A DNA stretch of 64,000 nucleotides, from the NCBI GenBank assembly GCA_002269645.1, contig NIVC01001376.1, positions 1-64,000 on the forward strand, written 5' to 3'. Positions 12,606-24,600 of this stretch are shown piece by piece. Positions within the stretch are counted from its first letter, which is position 1. Each line of letters opens with the position of its first letter. Position numbers and translations under genes: made by a program. A model generated the notes under the pieces. The model did not search any database. It worked only from the letters and a program-made list of their open reading frames with translations, and had not been told where the DNA came from. The DNA comes from Macrostomum lignano. Its lineage: Eukaryota.

Positions 12606-15600
12606 ATGATTTCGCAAATAGTACTACTTAGCCTGCTCTCCACCGGTAAGCTGCCTAATCCATTTCGCAATTCACTTTGACCCAAATATCCCTGAACTCC
12701 CAATTAATTAACTATAATTTCAGCCACCTGCGTGACTGCCAGCCAAGCTCCTGAGCAAGAGTACTACCTGGTCGATGAGCCCGTTACCATCAACGCCTCG
12801 GTGAGCAGCGAAGTGATCAATGTGACCGGGGTGGCTTCCGAGATCGACTGCGTGACGAGGTGCCTGTCGAGAGGCTGCTCGGTGGCGGTGGCTCACGAGA
12901 GCATCGGGCTCTGCCAGATGGCGATGGTGTATGAAGGCGGCCACTCGTCCGGTATTCGCGTGCAGAGGCTGCTGGGCTCGGAGGCCGGGGCCAGGGTCTG
13001 GACGTTCGACAAGATAAGCTCGGGACCTCGGGACAACAGGACTTTTATAAGTGAGCATTTATTTCTACTCTTTCACTTCGGCTTGTCTGGAAAGTCGAGA
13101 AAATGTGTGAAGCAAGCAAGAAAGAAGCAAGCTGTTGACGTGGTGGAAAAAGCTCAAGATCCTGACTTTATCGCCAGCCAAAGTAATAAAAGATCGTTGG
13201 CACAGTTCCCTAACAGCAGAAGTCGTAAATTTCAGACACCGGAACCGGCCGGACCGGCTCCATCCAGCAGCTGCTGATCAACTCCACCGGGTGCTACCGG
13301 ATCGAAGCTGCCGGTGCCAGCGGCGGCTCCAGCACAGCCAAATCAGGCGGTCGCGGAGCCGCCATGGCTGGCAACTTCAGCCTGACAGCCGGTATCCTGC
13401 TGACCATTGCTGTCGGACAGCAGGGCGGTGGATCGCTCAGCTGGGGCTACACAGGAGCTGGCGGAGGCGGGGGCAGCTTCGTGTACACATTTAACACGAC
13501 TGGTTTGCCAACACTGCTTCTGGCCGCCGGCGGTGGTGGAGGTGCCTGTTACACTACTAATGGTAATGATTTTAATGCGTGTTAATATACTCGAATAAGC
13601 CTCAGGGGTGGCATGCCAATGATCAAGGTGGAATGCTGAGGTACATGTAACAAAGCTTAAAGAGCTAATCTGGTATCTACACCTGATATCCTAGACTAGA
13701 ATTCTTGCTGAAAGGGGCTACTTTTCCTTCCTAATCCTAATCCTGGTAATTGTTGGTTTCACTTGAAAATTTGGACAAACATCTCAATGGGCCTGTCAAC
13801 TTAAGCTTATAAAGTGGCGCCCGAGTAACCTATGTACAAAAATGATACGTCATTCTGCTCACAATGACACTAGGAAGCTGGGTAGCTGGTTTTGGACACT
13901 AAGAGCAGAATGCCATATCATTTGAGTACATAGGTTACTGGGGCTCCACTTTATGAGCTTAAGTTGAGAGGCCCTTTATTTCAAGTAGTTTCACCAGAAC
14001 TGGTTTCAAGAATGTGAGCATGTGGTTTTTATTTTAACCTTTAGAAACTTCCGATTAATTAAGTACATGTATATTTTATCAGTGGGTGCAGATCAGAGTG
14101 TATGCATACACTTTCACTCATTGTATTACATACTCGTATAATATTACATAAAAATACATGCATCATGTTTTCGAAGCTGCAGGGGCGCTGTTACTAACTA
14201 CAAATTTTAAAGACCAGAATTTTCGACAACTCTAATTTCCACTTCGAAGAAAACTTGATGATGCACATTTATAAACTGCGAGCATATAGAGCTTTTCTAG
14301 TTTGCAGTTTACAGTTTTGTTGTTTGAATCTTAAAGATTATGGTTTGTAGCTAGTAGTTTGCAGTTGGTAGTTTGTAGATTGTTGTTTGCAGTTAGAAGT
14401 TTGCAGTTGGTAGTTTGTAGATTGTTGTTTGCAGTTAGAAGTTTGCAGTTGGTAGTTTGTCAGTTTGTTTGGAGTTTTTGGTTTGTAATTGGTACTTTGG
14501 TAGTTTGTAGTTGTTAGTTTGGAATTTGCAGTTTGTAGTTGGTGGATTGTAGTTGTTAATTTGTAGTTAGTAGTTTGCAGTTTGTATTTTGTAGTTTGTA
14601 GTTTTTAGCTTGTACGAAGTCTGTTTGTACATGTGGTAGCTAGTTTGTGAAGGTGCCTTCTTTCGATTTCGGTCTCATTTGATTTCTACGTTTTAAATTT
14701 GGTCTATGATCAATTGTTTCGATGATCAACACTTCGGAGTATGAGCTAGCAAATTCTTTGACAATTTAATTAAACCTGTCATCCCTTCCGAGCACTATGT
14801 GAGCTCCAATAAACAGTTTATTGAAAGCCTCAGCAACACCGCGATTAATCAAACTGACGGGCTTTATAGCTTTAATGTTGTTTCTCTTTTCACCAACATC
14901 CCTCTCGAATTCACCATTGAGCTGGCTGCTGATCTTGTGTATGAAAAGATCATCCACCTCCGTTCTCGAAAGCCACTTTTAAGAAGATGCTCATATTCGC
15001 CACCTCGGGCATCTTTCTTTTTTGGGACAAATATTACAGACAGATTGATGGTTGTGCCATGGGCAGCCCTCTTGCCCCAACCCTCGCTAAATTGTACATG
15101 GCCCATTGGGAAAAGGACTGGATGTCCCTCCCGTGTGCGCCTCGCTTCTACAAACGCTACGTGGATGACACGTTTGCGATCTTTGAGGATGAAACTAAGA
15201 AGAATGAATTTTTTAATGTGATAGAGGGGTATTTCGTTCTAGCTTGTTCCCACTGCTTAGTCACCAAATTTGTGGTAGGGCTATTTGGGTTATGGGCTTG
15301 TTTTAACGCTGACACCAAAGTAATAGGGATGTTGTCAATCCTAGAGATGCCACCAATTTGTGACGGGGTAAGTTCTGGGGGGGGGGAAGAGAGTATCTGA
15401 CTTATTAATTTCGGCTGCTGTTAACTTGGGTTCGGGGACTTGGGGATTTCTTGGATTTGGGGAACAGTATTCAAATTATACTACTTTAAGGAGTAAGCTT
15501 TAGAGAAACTCCTGGTAACGCGAGTGTTCGAGCGGCAAGACACTGTCTATTATTCTATATGCTAATATTAGTCCGAGGGAGGGCTGCACGGCGGACCAGA

Positions 15601-18600
15601 GTTGCCGGGGAAACGGGGCACTAATAGGGAATTTCAATGGCTAATATGCTGGCATAGAAGGTAAGGCACTTAATATGGGGGGTTTGAGTAGAGAGGCGGA
15701 ATGCCTATTAGAGGATTAGATAAGAAGGCAGGGCGCCTAATGAATGAAGGGGGGTTTAGGAATAGGCAGAACGCCTTAGAAGACAGAATGTCTGGGAAAG
15801 GAATGGGAAGAACGCTTTGGCAGACAGGACGTCTCGAAAGAATAGGCAGCACGCCTTGAAAGATAAAAAGGTCTGGAGAGGATAGGCAGAACGCTTGGGA
15901 TTGGACAGCTCGTCCTGGGGAAGGAAAGGCAGCAATGCTCCCCTATTGAAAAACACGTTCTAGTTATTGAAAGGCAAGACGCCTTTAAAGAAGGAAGACT
16001 GACTCACTGGCTATTTTTAGAACAGGCGCTCAATGGAGGCCAACTGGCAGCTTCAGCAAGCTTGCCAGGAACCAAGAGAGGAAAGGTTGGTCTTACTTCG
16101 CTGTTTATTTTTCATATATATAGTTTTTCTAGACAAAATGACGGACAAGTTTTGAAAAATCATAATAATTTTGGTGAGGCATTTGTGAATAATACGTCAA
16201 GTTGTTTAATAATGATTTGTCTAAAAGATTGATTAATTTGTTGCAAACAAGAATAGTTAAAAGGAAAAGAACAGAATCCGTGATTTACGTAAAAGATATA
16301 TTTCAGTACTAAAACAAGGCAAGGCATGCAAAAGATTATAGCTGTCTCATTAACATTTTTATCAATTCTACTCATGAGAATATCAAATTCACGGTGGAAG
16401 GTGGAAGCAGAAGACTTCCTTTCTTAGACATTGACGTTGATGCCACCAATGAAACTATTTCTACCAGCCGTGTTTAGGAAACCTAGTTTTACCGGGCTGA
16501 TGCTTAGATTCGATGCCCTGTGCCCTAGACAATGGAAGGTTGGATTGGTTCTTAGATTTGATGCCCTGTGCCCTAGACAATGGAAGGTTGGATTGGTTCT
16601 TAGATTTGATGCCCTGTGCCCTAGACAATGGAAGGTTGGATTGGTTCTTAGATTTGATGCCCTGTGCCCTAGACAATGGAAGGTTGGATTGGTTCTTAGA
16701 TTTGATGCCCTGTGCCCTAGACAATGGAAGGTTGGATTGGTTCTTAGATTCGATGCCCTGTGCCCTAGACAATGGAAGGTTGGATTGGTTCTTAGATTTG
16801 ATGCCCTGTGCCCTAGACAATGGAAGGTTGGATTGGTTCTTAGATTCGATGCCCTGTGCCCTAGACAATGGAAGGTTGGATTGGTTCTTAGATTTGATGC
16901 CCTGTGCCCTAGACAATGGAAGGTTGGATTGGTTCTTAGATTCGATGCCCTGTGCCCTAGACAATGGAAGGTTGGATTGGTTCTTAGATTTGATGCCCTG
17001 TGCCCTAGACAATGGAAGGTTGGATTGGTTCTTAGATTTGATGCCCTGTGCCCTAGACAATGGAAGGTTGGATTGGTTCTTAGATTTGATGCCCTGTGCC
17101 CTAGACAATGGAAGGTTGGATTGGTTCTTAGATTCGATGCCCTGTGCCCTAGACAATGGAAGGTTGGATTGGTTCTTAGATTTGATGCCCTGTGCCCTAG
17201 ACAATGGAAGGTTGGATTGGTTCTTAGATTTGATGCCCTGTGCCCTAGACAATGGAAGGTTGGATTGGTTCTTAGATTTGATGCCCTGTGCCCTAGACAA
17301 TGGAAGGTTGGATTGGTTCTTAGATTTGATGCCCTGTGCCCTAGACAATGGAAGGTTGGATTGGTTCTTAGATTTGATGCCCTGTGCCCTAGACAATGGA
17401 AGGTTGGATTGGTTCTTAGATTTGATGCCCTGTGCCCTAGACAATGGAAGGTTGGATTGGTTCTTAGATTTGATGCCCTGTGCCCTAGACAATGGAAGGT
17501 TGGATTGGTTCTTAGATTCGATGCCCTGTGCCCTAGACAATGGAAGGTTGGATTGGTTCTTAGATTTGATGCCCTGTGCCCTAGACAATGGAAGGTTGGA
17601 TTGGTTCTTAGATTTGATGCCCTGTGCCCTAGACAATGGAAGGTTGGATTGGTTCTTAGATTTGATGCCCTGTGCCCTAGACAATGGAAGGTTGGATTGG
17701 TTCTTAGATTCGATGCCCTGTGCCCTAGACAATGGAAGGTTGGATTGGTTCTTAGATTTGATGCCCTGTGCCCTAGACAATGGAAGGTTGGATTGGTTCT
17801 TAGATTTGATGCCCTGTGCCCTAGACAATGGAAGGTTGGATTGGTTCTTAGATTTGATGCCCTGTGCCCTAGACAATGGAAGGTTGGATTGGTTTTTAGA
17901 TTTGATGCCCTGTGCCCTAGACAATGGAAGGCTGGATTGGTTCTTAGATTTGATGCCCTGTGCCCTAGACAATGGAAGGTTGGATTGGTTCGCTGCTCTC
18001 TTCACCGGGCCTTTTCCATTTGCAGATCTTGGAGGCTTTTTCACAATGAAATTGAAATCCTCACCAATTTGCTCCGCTACAATGGCTACCCTAGGAACTT
18101 TGTGTTGAAAATAGTCAACTCTTTTCTCAATGACAAACTGACTGAACCCACTCAGATGAAAGTTCGTGAAACCACCTCTGATTGTCCCTTGATCACTTTA
18201 ACTTTCTTTGGTGTTCGCTCTATTGAGTTTAAAATAAAACTGAAAAGCTGCTCCGTAAAGACTTAAACGCTCAAATCCGTGTTGTGTTTCGCACTGAAAA
18301 GGTTGCTAAGTTTGTCTCTAGGCTGAAATCCAGTGTTCCTCGTCCTCTCGCGGCAGGTGTCATATATAAATTTATTTGCTCTGAGGATCAGAGCATCTCC
18401 TACATTGGAAAAACTAAACGACACCTGTACACGAGGGTCAGAGAGCACTGGCTAAAAAACTCTGCCATTAACGAACACCTGCTAACCTGCAACAGTTGTT
18501 GTGACGCTGACACACACGAGATGATTAAGGCTATTGACTTTTGCGATTAGAGATCACATGCTCTCGCCTCTGCCTATTAGAAGCCCTGTACATTAAAACG

Positions 18601-21600
18601 AGACAGCCCACGTTAAATACGAGTAACCAACTCGCGATGGGTAAAGTTAGGGCCGCAGTACACTCCTGTGTGAGTGTGTGCCTGCGTACGTATCCGCGCG
18701 CTTGTGTGCCTGCTCAGGGGAGTCGGCGGAATGGGCAGTAATGCCTCTCGCCGGTTGTGTGCCTATGTCGCTTAAAGTGCGCCAGGGTGCACACAGCCCC
18801 CTGCCTCTAATAAAAAAACTCGCGATGGGTGTGTAAGACTTCCTTTAGGCTTCGCCTATTCTTGACTAAGTTTGGTCTCTGTTTCCGTTCTGATCAATAT
18901 AGAGTTTCACTCGATCTTGAGCCTAAAAGATCTTGCAACAGAGATCGCAAGTTGTTGGCCAAGACTCGTGCCTGTAGCACAAATAACGAACAGTTGTCTT
19001 AGGATTTCCGTGAGTTGCACTGGAACTCTTGCTGTGGATTCTTCTCCGGGAAGCCTCATTTCGGGGCCGAGGCCGTGTCTATTTTAGAGAATTTTAGGTA
19101 CACGTCATCCCCCGCCGCTGATTAGCAACGGCGGGGTGCCAAAAACAGACGCAGTAACATTAGATTAGTGCGTTGCTACGGGGCGAGAGAGTTATTTGAT
19201 AACTGTTCGTTGGTCGCATCAGGCGATGGTTAAAGGTCAGTTCGGGGTTCATTATTCGAGCCGATTTGCACGTCAGACCACTCGTGCGTCCCTCGGTGAG
19301 TCGTGTCTTTTGCTCCCTGGGCCGATCCATGTACGTCACCGCTGACCCTGGCCTGTTGACCATTGCTCTGTCTCGCCCGCCAGTCGGGGTATCATGTCGT
19401 ATCGATTCTCCTGGCACCGCGCCGACTGACTCTGCCTGGTACCTCGGCCGATTTTGAAATCCCGTTTGGTCTGAAATCTTGGGGGAAAGTGACAATTAAG
19501 TTATTATCATATCTATGATTTATTTCGCTTTCTTGCCGTTCTTTTAATTTCTCTCACTTAAGTGTCTTATCTCTAAATTGAACTTTCGCCCCCTGGTTTT
19601 AGCTTCTTACTTTGCCCTTTAGCGAACCTTTTATTTTGTTCAGACTTTTCTTAATTTCTAATCCCTATAGGGTGGGGGATAGCCGTCAAATCAGCATATT
19701 TTAGTTGACCTTGCAAATAACCGGACTGGAACGAAATCGACGTACATTCTCCCCCTACCAATTGGTTCTATTTTCCATTAATATGTAAAAGTTTTCAAAC
19801 CATCAAAATTCAATAAAATTACATGTACTTTCATATTTTCTCTCTCCACTCACTATATATACTGTTTACTTGTCAAATCATTTGAGTTACTTACTTGACT
19901 TAGCTTCAGAGGGCTCCGTGCGTCCGGAAACAGCGAGGAGGCGTTGCCGCCCATTTCGCTAGCCCCTGGCGACCACGGGCAGCTAGTGCTGCGGTGTCGC
20001 GCAGGGAGTTCCGGTGGCGCCGGTGTCCGCAGCGCGGTGCCCCTCCGGAGAGTCCAGGAGGTGGATTGTCGCTCGCTCGGAAGCCCCTAGGTAGCGGACG
20101 AGCTGGCAGAGAATCTCGGGCCTGAAAACGTCGGGGAGGTCCGGGTTTGGGCCGAGGTAGGTGAGCCTGACGTGAGTAAAGGCGGGGCATTCAAAGATGA
20201 AGTGCTCCGCATTCTCGACACCGGAGAGGCAGAAAGGGCATTCCTCACTGCGGATTTTTCCCTGGAGGTAAAGATGCCTGGCAAAGCAGCCATGACCCGA
20301 GAGGGCCATGGTCACCGCCCTGATGTCCGTGCGGTTGAGTCCAAGCAGGGCCCTGCGCAGGGCGGAGGAAGGACAGGGGACAGCCGTGCGGGATTGCCGG
20401 CTGTCGGGGGCGTTAGCCCACCTCTCCCTGTGCTTAGAAGCCACCCACTGGTTGATCCGAGGGTGACAACGGCGATGGGGGTGGGGGCCACGGGCAGGGG
20501 ACCAGTGAATGAACCGGTCGAGCCAGCCTTGGCCAGGCGATCGGCCAGCTCGTTGCCGGGGTCACCCGAATGCCCGGGGATCCACTTTAGGGACACTTTG
20601 TTAGAGGCGCCTAAGCGGTTGAGCTGCCCGATGCAGTCGAGGACTGTACGCGAGCAGGTGGTGGTGCTCTCAAGGGCGTGAATCGCCGCTTGACTGTCCG
20701 AGTGGAGGGTAATTTCCTTCCCCCAGACGTGCTGATTGTACAGCTCCATGGCGCAGGAGCTGATGGCGAGAACTTTGTTCTGGAAGACGGTGGAGCAGGT
20801 GCCGGTGTGTTGGGAGAAGGTCGCCACAGTTCTCCCTCCAGACACGATGCAGTAGCCGTATCCAGAGGCGGAGTTGATTTGGGACCCGTCAGTGAAGCAG
20901 TGGATTTCATGGGGTTTCCAGTTGTCTCTCGCTTCATGGCGTGGTGGAATGCTGGTTTTGAATTTGAGCGGGGGGCAGAGCGTGGACGGGATTCCGTCCG
21001 AGAGGGTCAGCAGGCCTCTCGCTGCTTCCAGGTCTCGCAGGCTGAGGTCGCCATGCGGCCGGAGGTTCCGCTTTCTGAAGGCAAACTGCTTCTGGATTTG
21101 GACACCCGCGTCAAGCAGACGACGGGTGGTTTTCATAGCCTCCCCTCTAACAAAGAGGTCGAGGGGGGAATGTCCAAGAAGGAGTTCATGCCAGCGAAGG
21201 GCGTTGAGGGAGCCGCGCTCATGATAGCTCGACAAGCGCGGCCTTGCACCCTATTTAAAACCTCAAGAACCCCTTTCACCTCTAGGGCACTGTTCCAAAT
21301 GAGGCCGGCAAAGGAGATGGCCGGTCTAACAATGGCAGTGTAAATCCACCAGAGGCGGCGGGGGGTGAGGCCCCAGGTAGCACCGAAAGCTCTGCGGATC
21401 TGCGCGAGAGTCGCGTGAGCTTTGCGGACTTTGGTTTGGACGTGCGGGGTCCAGCTCAGCCTGTTGTCGAGAGTGACGCCCAGACATCTGGTTTGTTTCT
21501 CCATGGCAACAGGTTTGCCATTGAGGGAGAGCGGTTCGATCCTCCAGTTTCGGCGGCTGGTGAACATGATAGCCACGGTTTTAGACTCAGAGAACCTGAG

Positions 21601-24600
21601 ACCGCAGCTATGTGCCCAGCGCTCGGCACGGTGGATGAAGGCTTGAAGGAGGTCCCTGAGGACCGCGGGTGACGGTCCAGCCACAGTGGCGGTAACATCG
21701 TCCGCATAGCCGACCTTCTGAACTGGGTCCGGATGCGGGCTGCAAAGCAGCTCGTCCATGACTAAATTCCAGAGGATCGGGCTGAGGACTCCACCTTGCG
21801 GTCCGCCTTTCTGGACTTCCACGGAGCGTGAGTGTCCCAGGAGGTGCGAGGTGGAAGTACGATGGGAGACTATGTACATGATCCAGCGGGTGAGGTGCTC
21901 GTGCGTGCCCCGGGATTCCAGGGCTCCCCTAAAGGCTCCAAAGAGCACATTATTGAAAGCACCATCAATGTCGAGGAAAAGCGAGAGCGCGTATCCACTA
22001 CCAAGCACGGCGCGCTCCAGCTTGTCGACAATGGCGTGCAGCGCACTTTCGATGGAGCGTCCAGGACGAAAGGCGTGTTGATTGGGGGAGAGCGGGGAGT
22101 TCCTCAGCTCTACGAGGAGGAGGCGCCAGAGTACCAACCGTTCCATCAGTTTGAGGAAGAAAGATGTCAGACTGATGGGGCGGTAAGCTTTGACAGAGTG
22201 ATAGTCTCCCTTCCCTGGCTTGGGTATGAAGACCACCGTGGCCTCTTGCCAGGCTTTTGGCACGTACCCGAGGGTAATGCTGGCCTTGAAGAGGTTGCAG
22301 AGGAGACCAAGAAACCTGTAATTTTTAACTGCCTCATGGAGGAAGCCAGGATAAATGTTGTCAGGACCCGGAGACTTGAAAGGAGAGAAGGATTTTGCGG
22401 CGCGAGCCGTCCTCTCTAGTGATGATGGTCGAAGCCAGGATCTGTCCGCCGGAGAGTGGTCCGGTGGGCCTAGCTGCGGTGCGGCACGTGGGAAAGAGCT
22501 GGTGAGCATAATGTCCAGCGATTCCCCAGGGTTCTCAGCGAGCCGGCCGTCCGGTCTTTTAATGACTGAGAGCTTTGACATTTTGTCGAGGGTGAGGGCC
22601 TTAACTACGCGTGAAGTAAGGCGGGTGCCTTCTAACTCCGCGCAGTATTGGCGCCATTTGTCGGACTTGGCTTTCTTGGTTTCACGCTAAAAGTCGCGGA
22701 TCGCTTCTTGGTAGGCGGCCAGGTCAGCTGGGTCCTTGCTCTTGCGAGCTTTCCGCTGGAGGCACTTTGCCTTGCGCCGGAGGGATCCAAGCGCCGGGTG
22801 CCACCAGGTGCGGATTTTTTGCCTTTGTAGGCTTTAAGAGGACAGGAAGCCTCATGGGCTGTCAGGAAGGTCTTGCTGAGCAAGTCTGCAAGGTCATCCA
22901 CTTCCTGACAGGTGGTTGGAGTGACGGTAGACAGCTGATCTGTCTGGCATTTCAGGGTTTCCGTGAAAGCCGTCCAGTCAGTGTTCCGGATGTTCCTTTT
23001 CCACAGGATGTGAGGCTTGGGGCAAGAGGATTGCAATCGAAAACGAACGAAGCGATGGTCAGACAGAGACTCCTCTTCGTCCCACACCTCCCAGTCCTTG
23101 ACTAAAGGAGTCAAGCCATGAAAGACGAGGGTCACGTCGAGGGCCTCCGTCCATCGCCCGTTGTCAAAGGTGGGGGTTGCACCAATGTTGCAAAACTCAG
23201 TATTGGTGGTGCAGATGTAAGCAAGGAGTTCCTCGCCTCTGCTGCTGGAGGTATTACTGCCCCAGTGGGTGTGGTAAGCATTGACGTCGCCCGCCACCAG
23301 CAGCTCGAACCTACGGTTAGAGCAGTAGTCCACGAGGGAGATGAGGTTGGGTGGAACCGCGGGGCCATCGCCAGGGATATAGATCGAGCGATGATGACCG
23401 TTAGGTTGGTGATAATGTGGTTGGACTGAATGACACAGAGATCTCTGTCAGAGAGGTCCGGTCTGTGCCAAGCTTTGAGATGGGTAGACACGAACATGAC
23501 TGCTCTGGGGTTTTGGGGGTCTTGAAAACAGTCAAAACCAGCAGGAATATACAGAATCTTACTTTTCTTTGTCCAGGGCTCCTGGAGTAGGATAATGCCC
23601 GGTTTCACAAAGTTTGCCACCCGCATCAGGTTGGTCGAGGCCGCGATGCAATGGTGTAGGTTTAGCTGCAGGATGTCCACTCCGGGGAATCCACGAGTGG
23701 TCCGCGCAGCTTCCTGCCGGCTCAAGGCGAGTTGTGCAGGAGAGCCGCCTCTTCTGCCTCGCCGATATCACCAGGCTCCTGCTCCATGGGCTCCTCCCGG
23801 ATGGTCTCCTTGGTCGAGGGCGATGCCTCCACCTGGGCGGCATTCTCGCTCTCGGCCCGGTTTTCCGGGGGGGCGCAGTGGTGACACTGGGTTGGGGGTG
23901 GCTGCGGTTGTGGGCCTTGGCGGTGTCCAGCAGCTGCTTCGCGCGCTGAGTCAGACCAGAGCAGATAGTGTTCCGGGCGGGTTTCCGGCCCTTTCCACGT
24001 CCGCCTGTTGCTGCAGCTTTCGCGGCTTTCCCTCTGACAGGGTCCACGACCTCGGAGGGGTCGTGACGAACGGGAGCTTCTTTTCCTGGGCATTTCCGCC
24101 CGGCAGAGCCCCCGCTCGCCCGCTTACGTTTCTATGGGGGCGGTGGGCGGGTAGCGTCAGACTCAAAGCTAAAAAGCTGAATCTGCATCAGCCCGACAGG
24201 GATAAGGGACATGTCCGGGTAGCGGAGCATCCAGCTATCCGACAGTCCAAGAATAGCCGTGAAACCGTCTCCGCCTGGCTTGGAGATGGTCTCGTGAACT
24301 ACGACGCCATTAGCCGGTAGCTCCGGGTTGGTAGCCACTAGCAGGTGACGCAGCTCGTCGGCCTTGGTGATGCAGCTGCGAGCCGGGATCCAGGCACGGT
24401 GCCGGTGTGTCCGGGGTCGCTCGTCCTCCCTGTAGATAAACAGGTTTTCCAGCTCCGTACCCCAGTCGAAGGATTTTAGCACCTCGAGGAGCTGCTGTCC
24501 TGACTGGCTGTCGGCGGGCTGGATATGGATGGCTTGGTCCTCGACTTTCGTCTTTTGGACTGGAGTAGCGGTACCGCTCAAGGCCATCTTGACCAGGTGG

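Larger units (their letters stand above)
14715..18640 (+). mobile_element. Penelope-like retroelement (RT + GIY-YIG endonuclease), degenerate and interrupted
   Basis: RT motifs [73 protein letters not shown] and NGYP. GIY-YIG motifs GVIYKFIC...[17 protein letters not shown]...SAINEH and [15 protein letters not shown]. Confidence 0.92.

Noticed and set aside
16503-17990. CRISPR-like array
   Set aside because: The 48-bp units are contiguous with no unique spacers, derive from Penelope coding sequence, and there are no cas genes; the context is eukaryotic.
16461-18108. 527-aa (minus) and 531-aa (plus) repeat-protein ORFs
   Set aside because: Stop-free alternative frames of the 48-bp array; only the [16 protein letters not shown] frame connects to real RT sequence.
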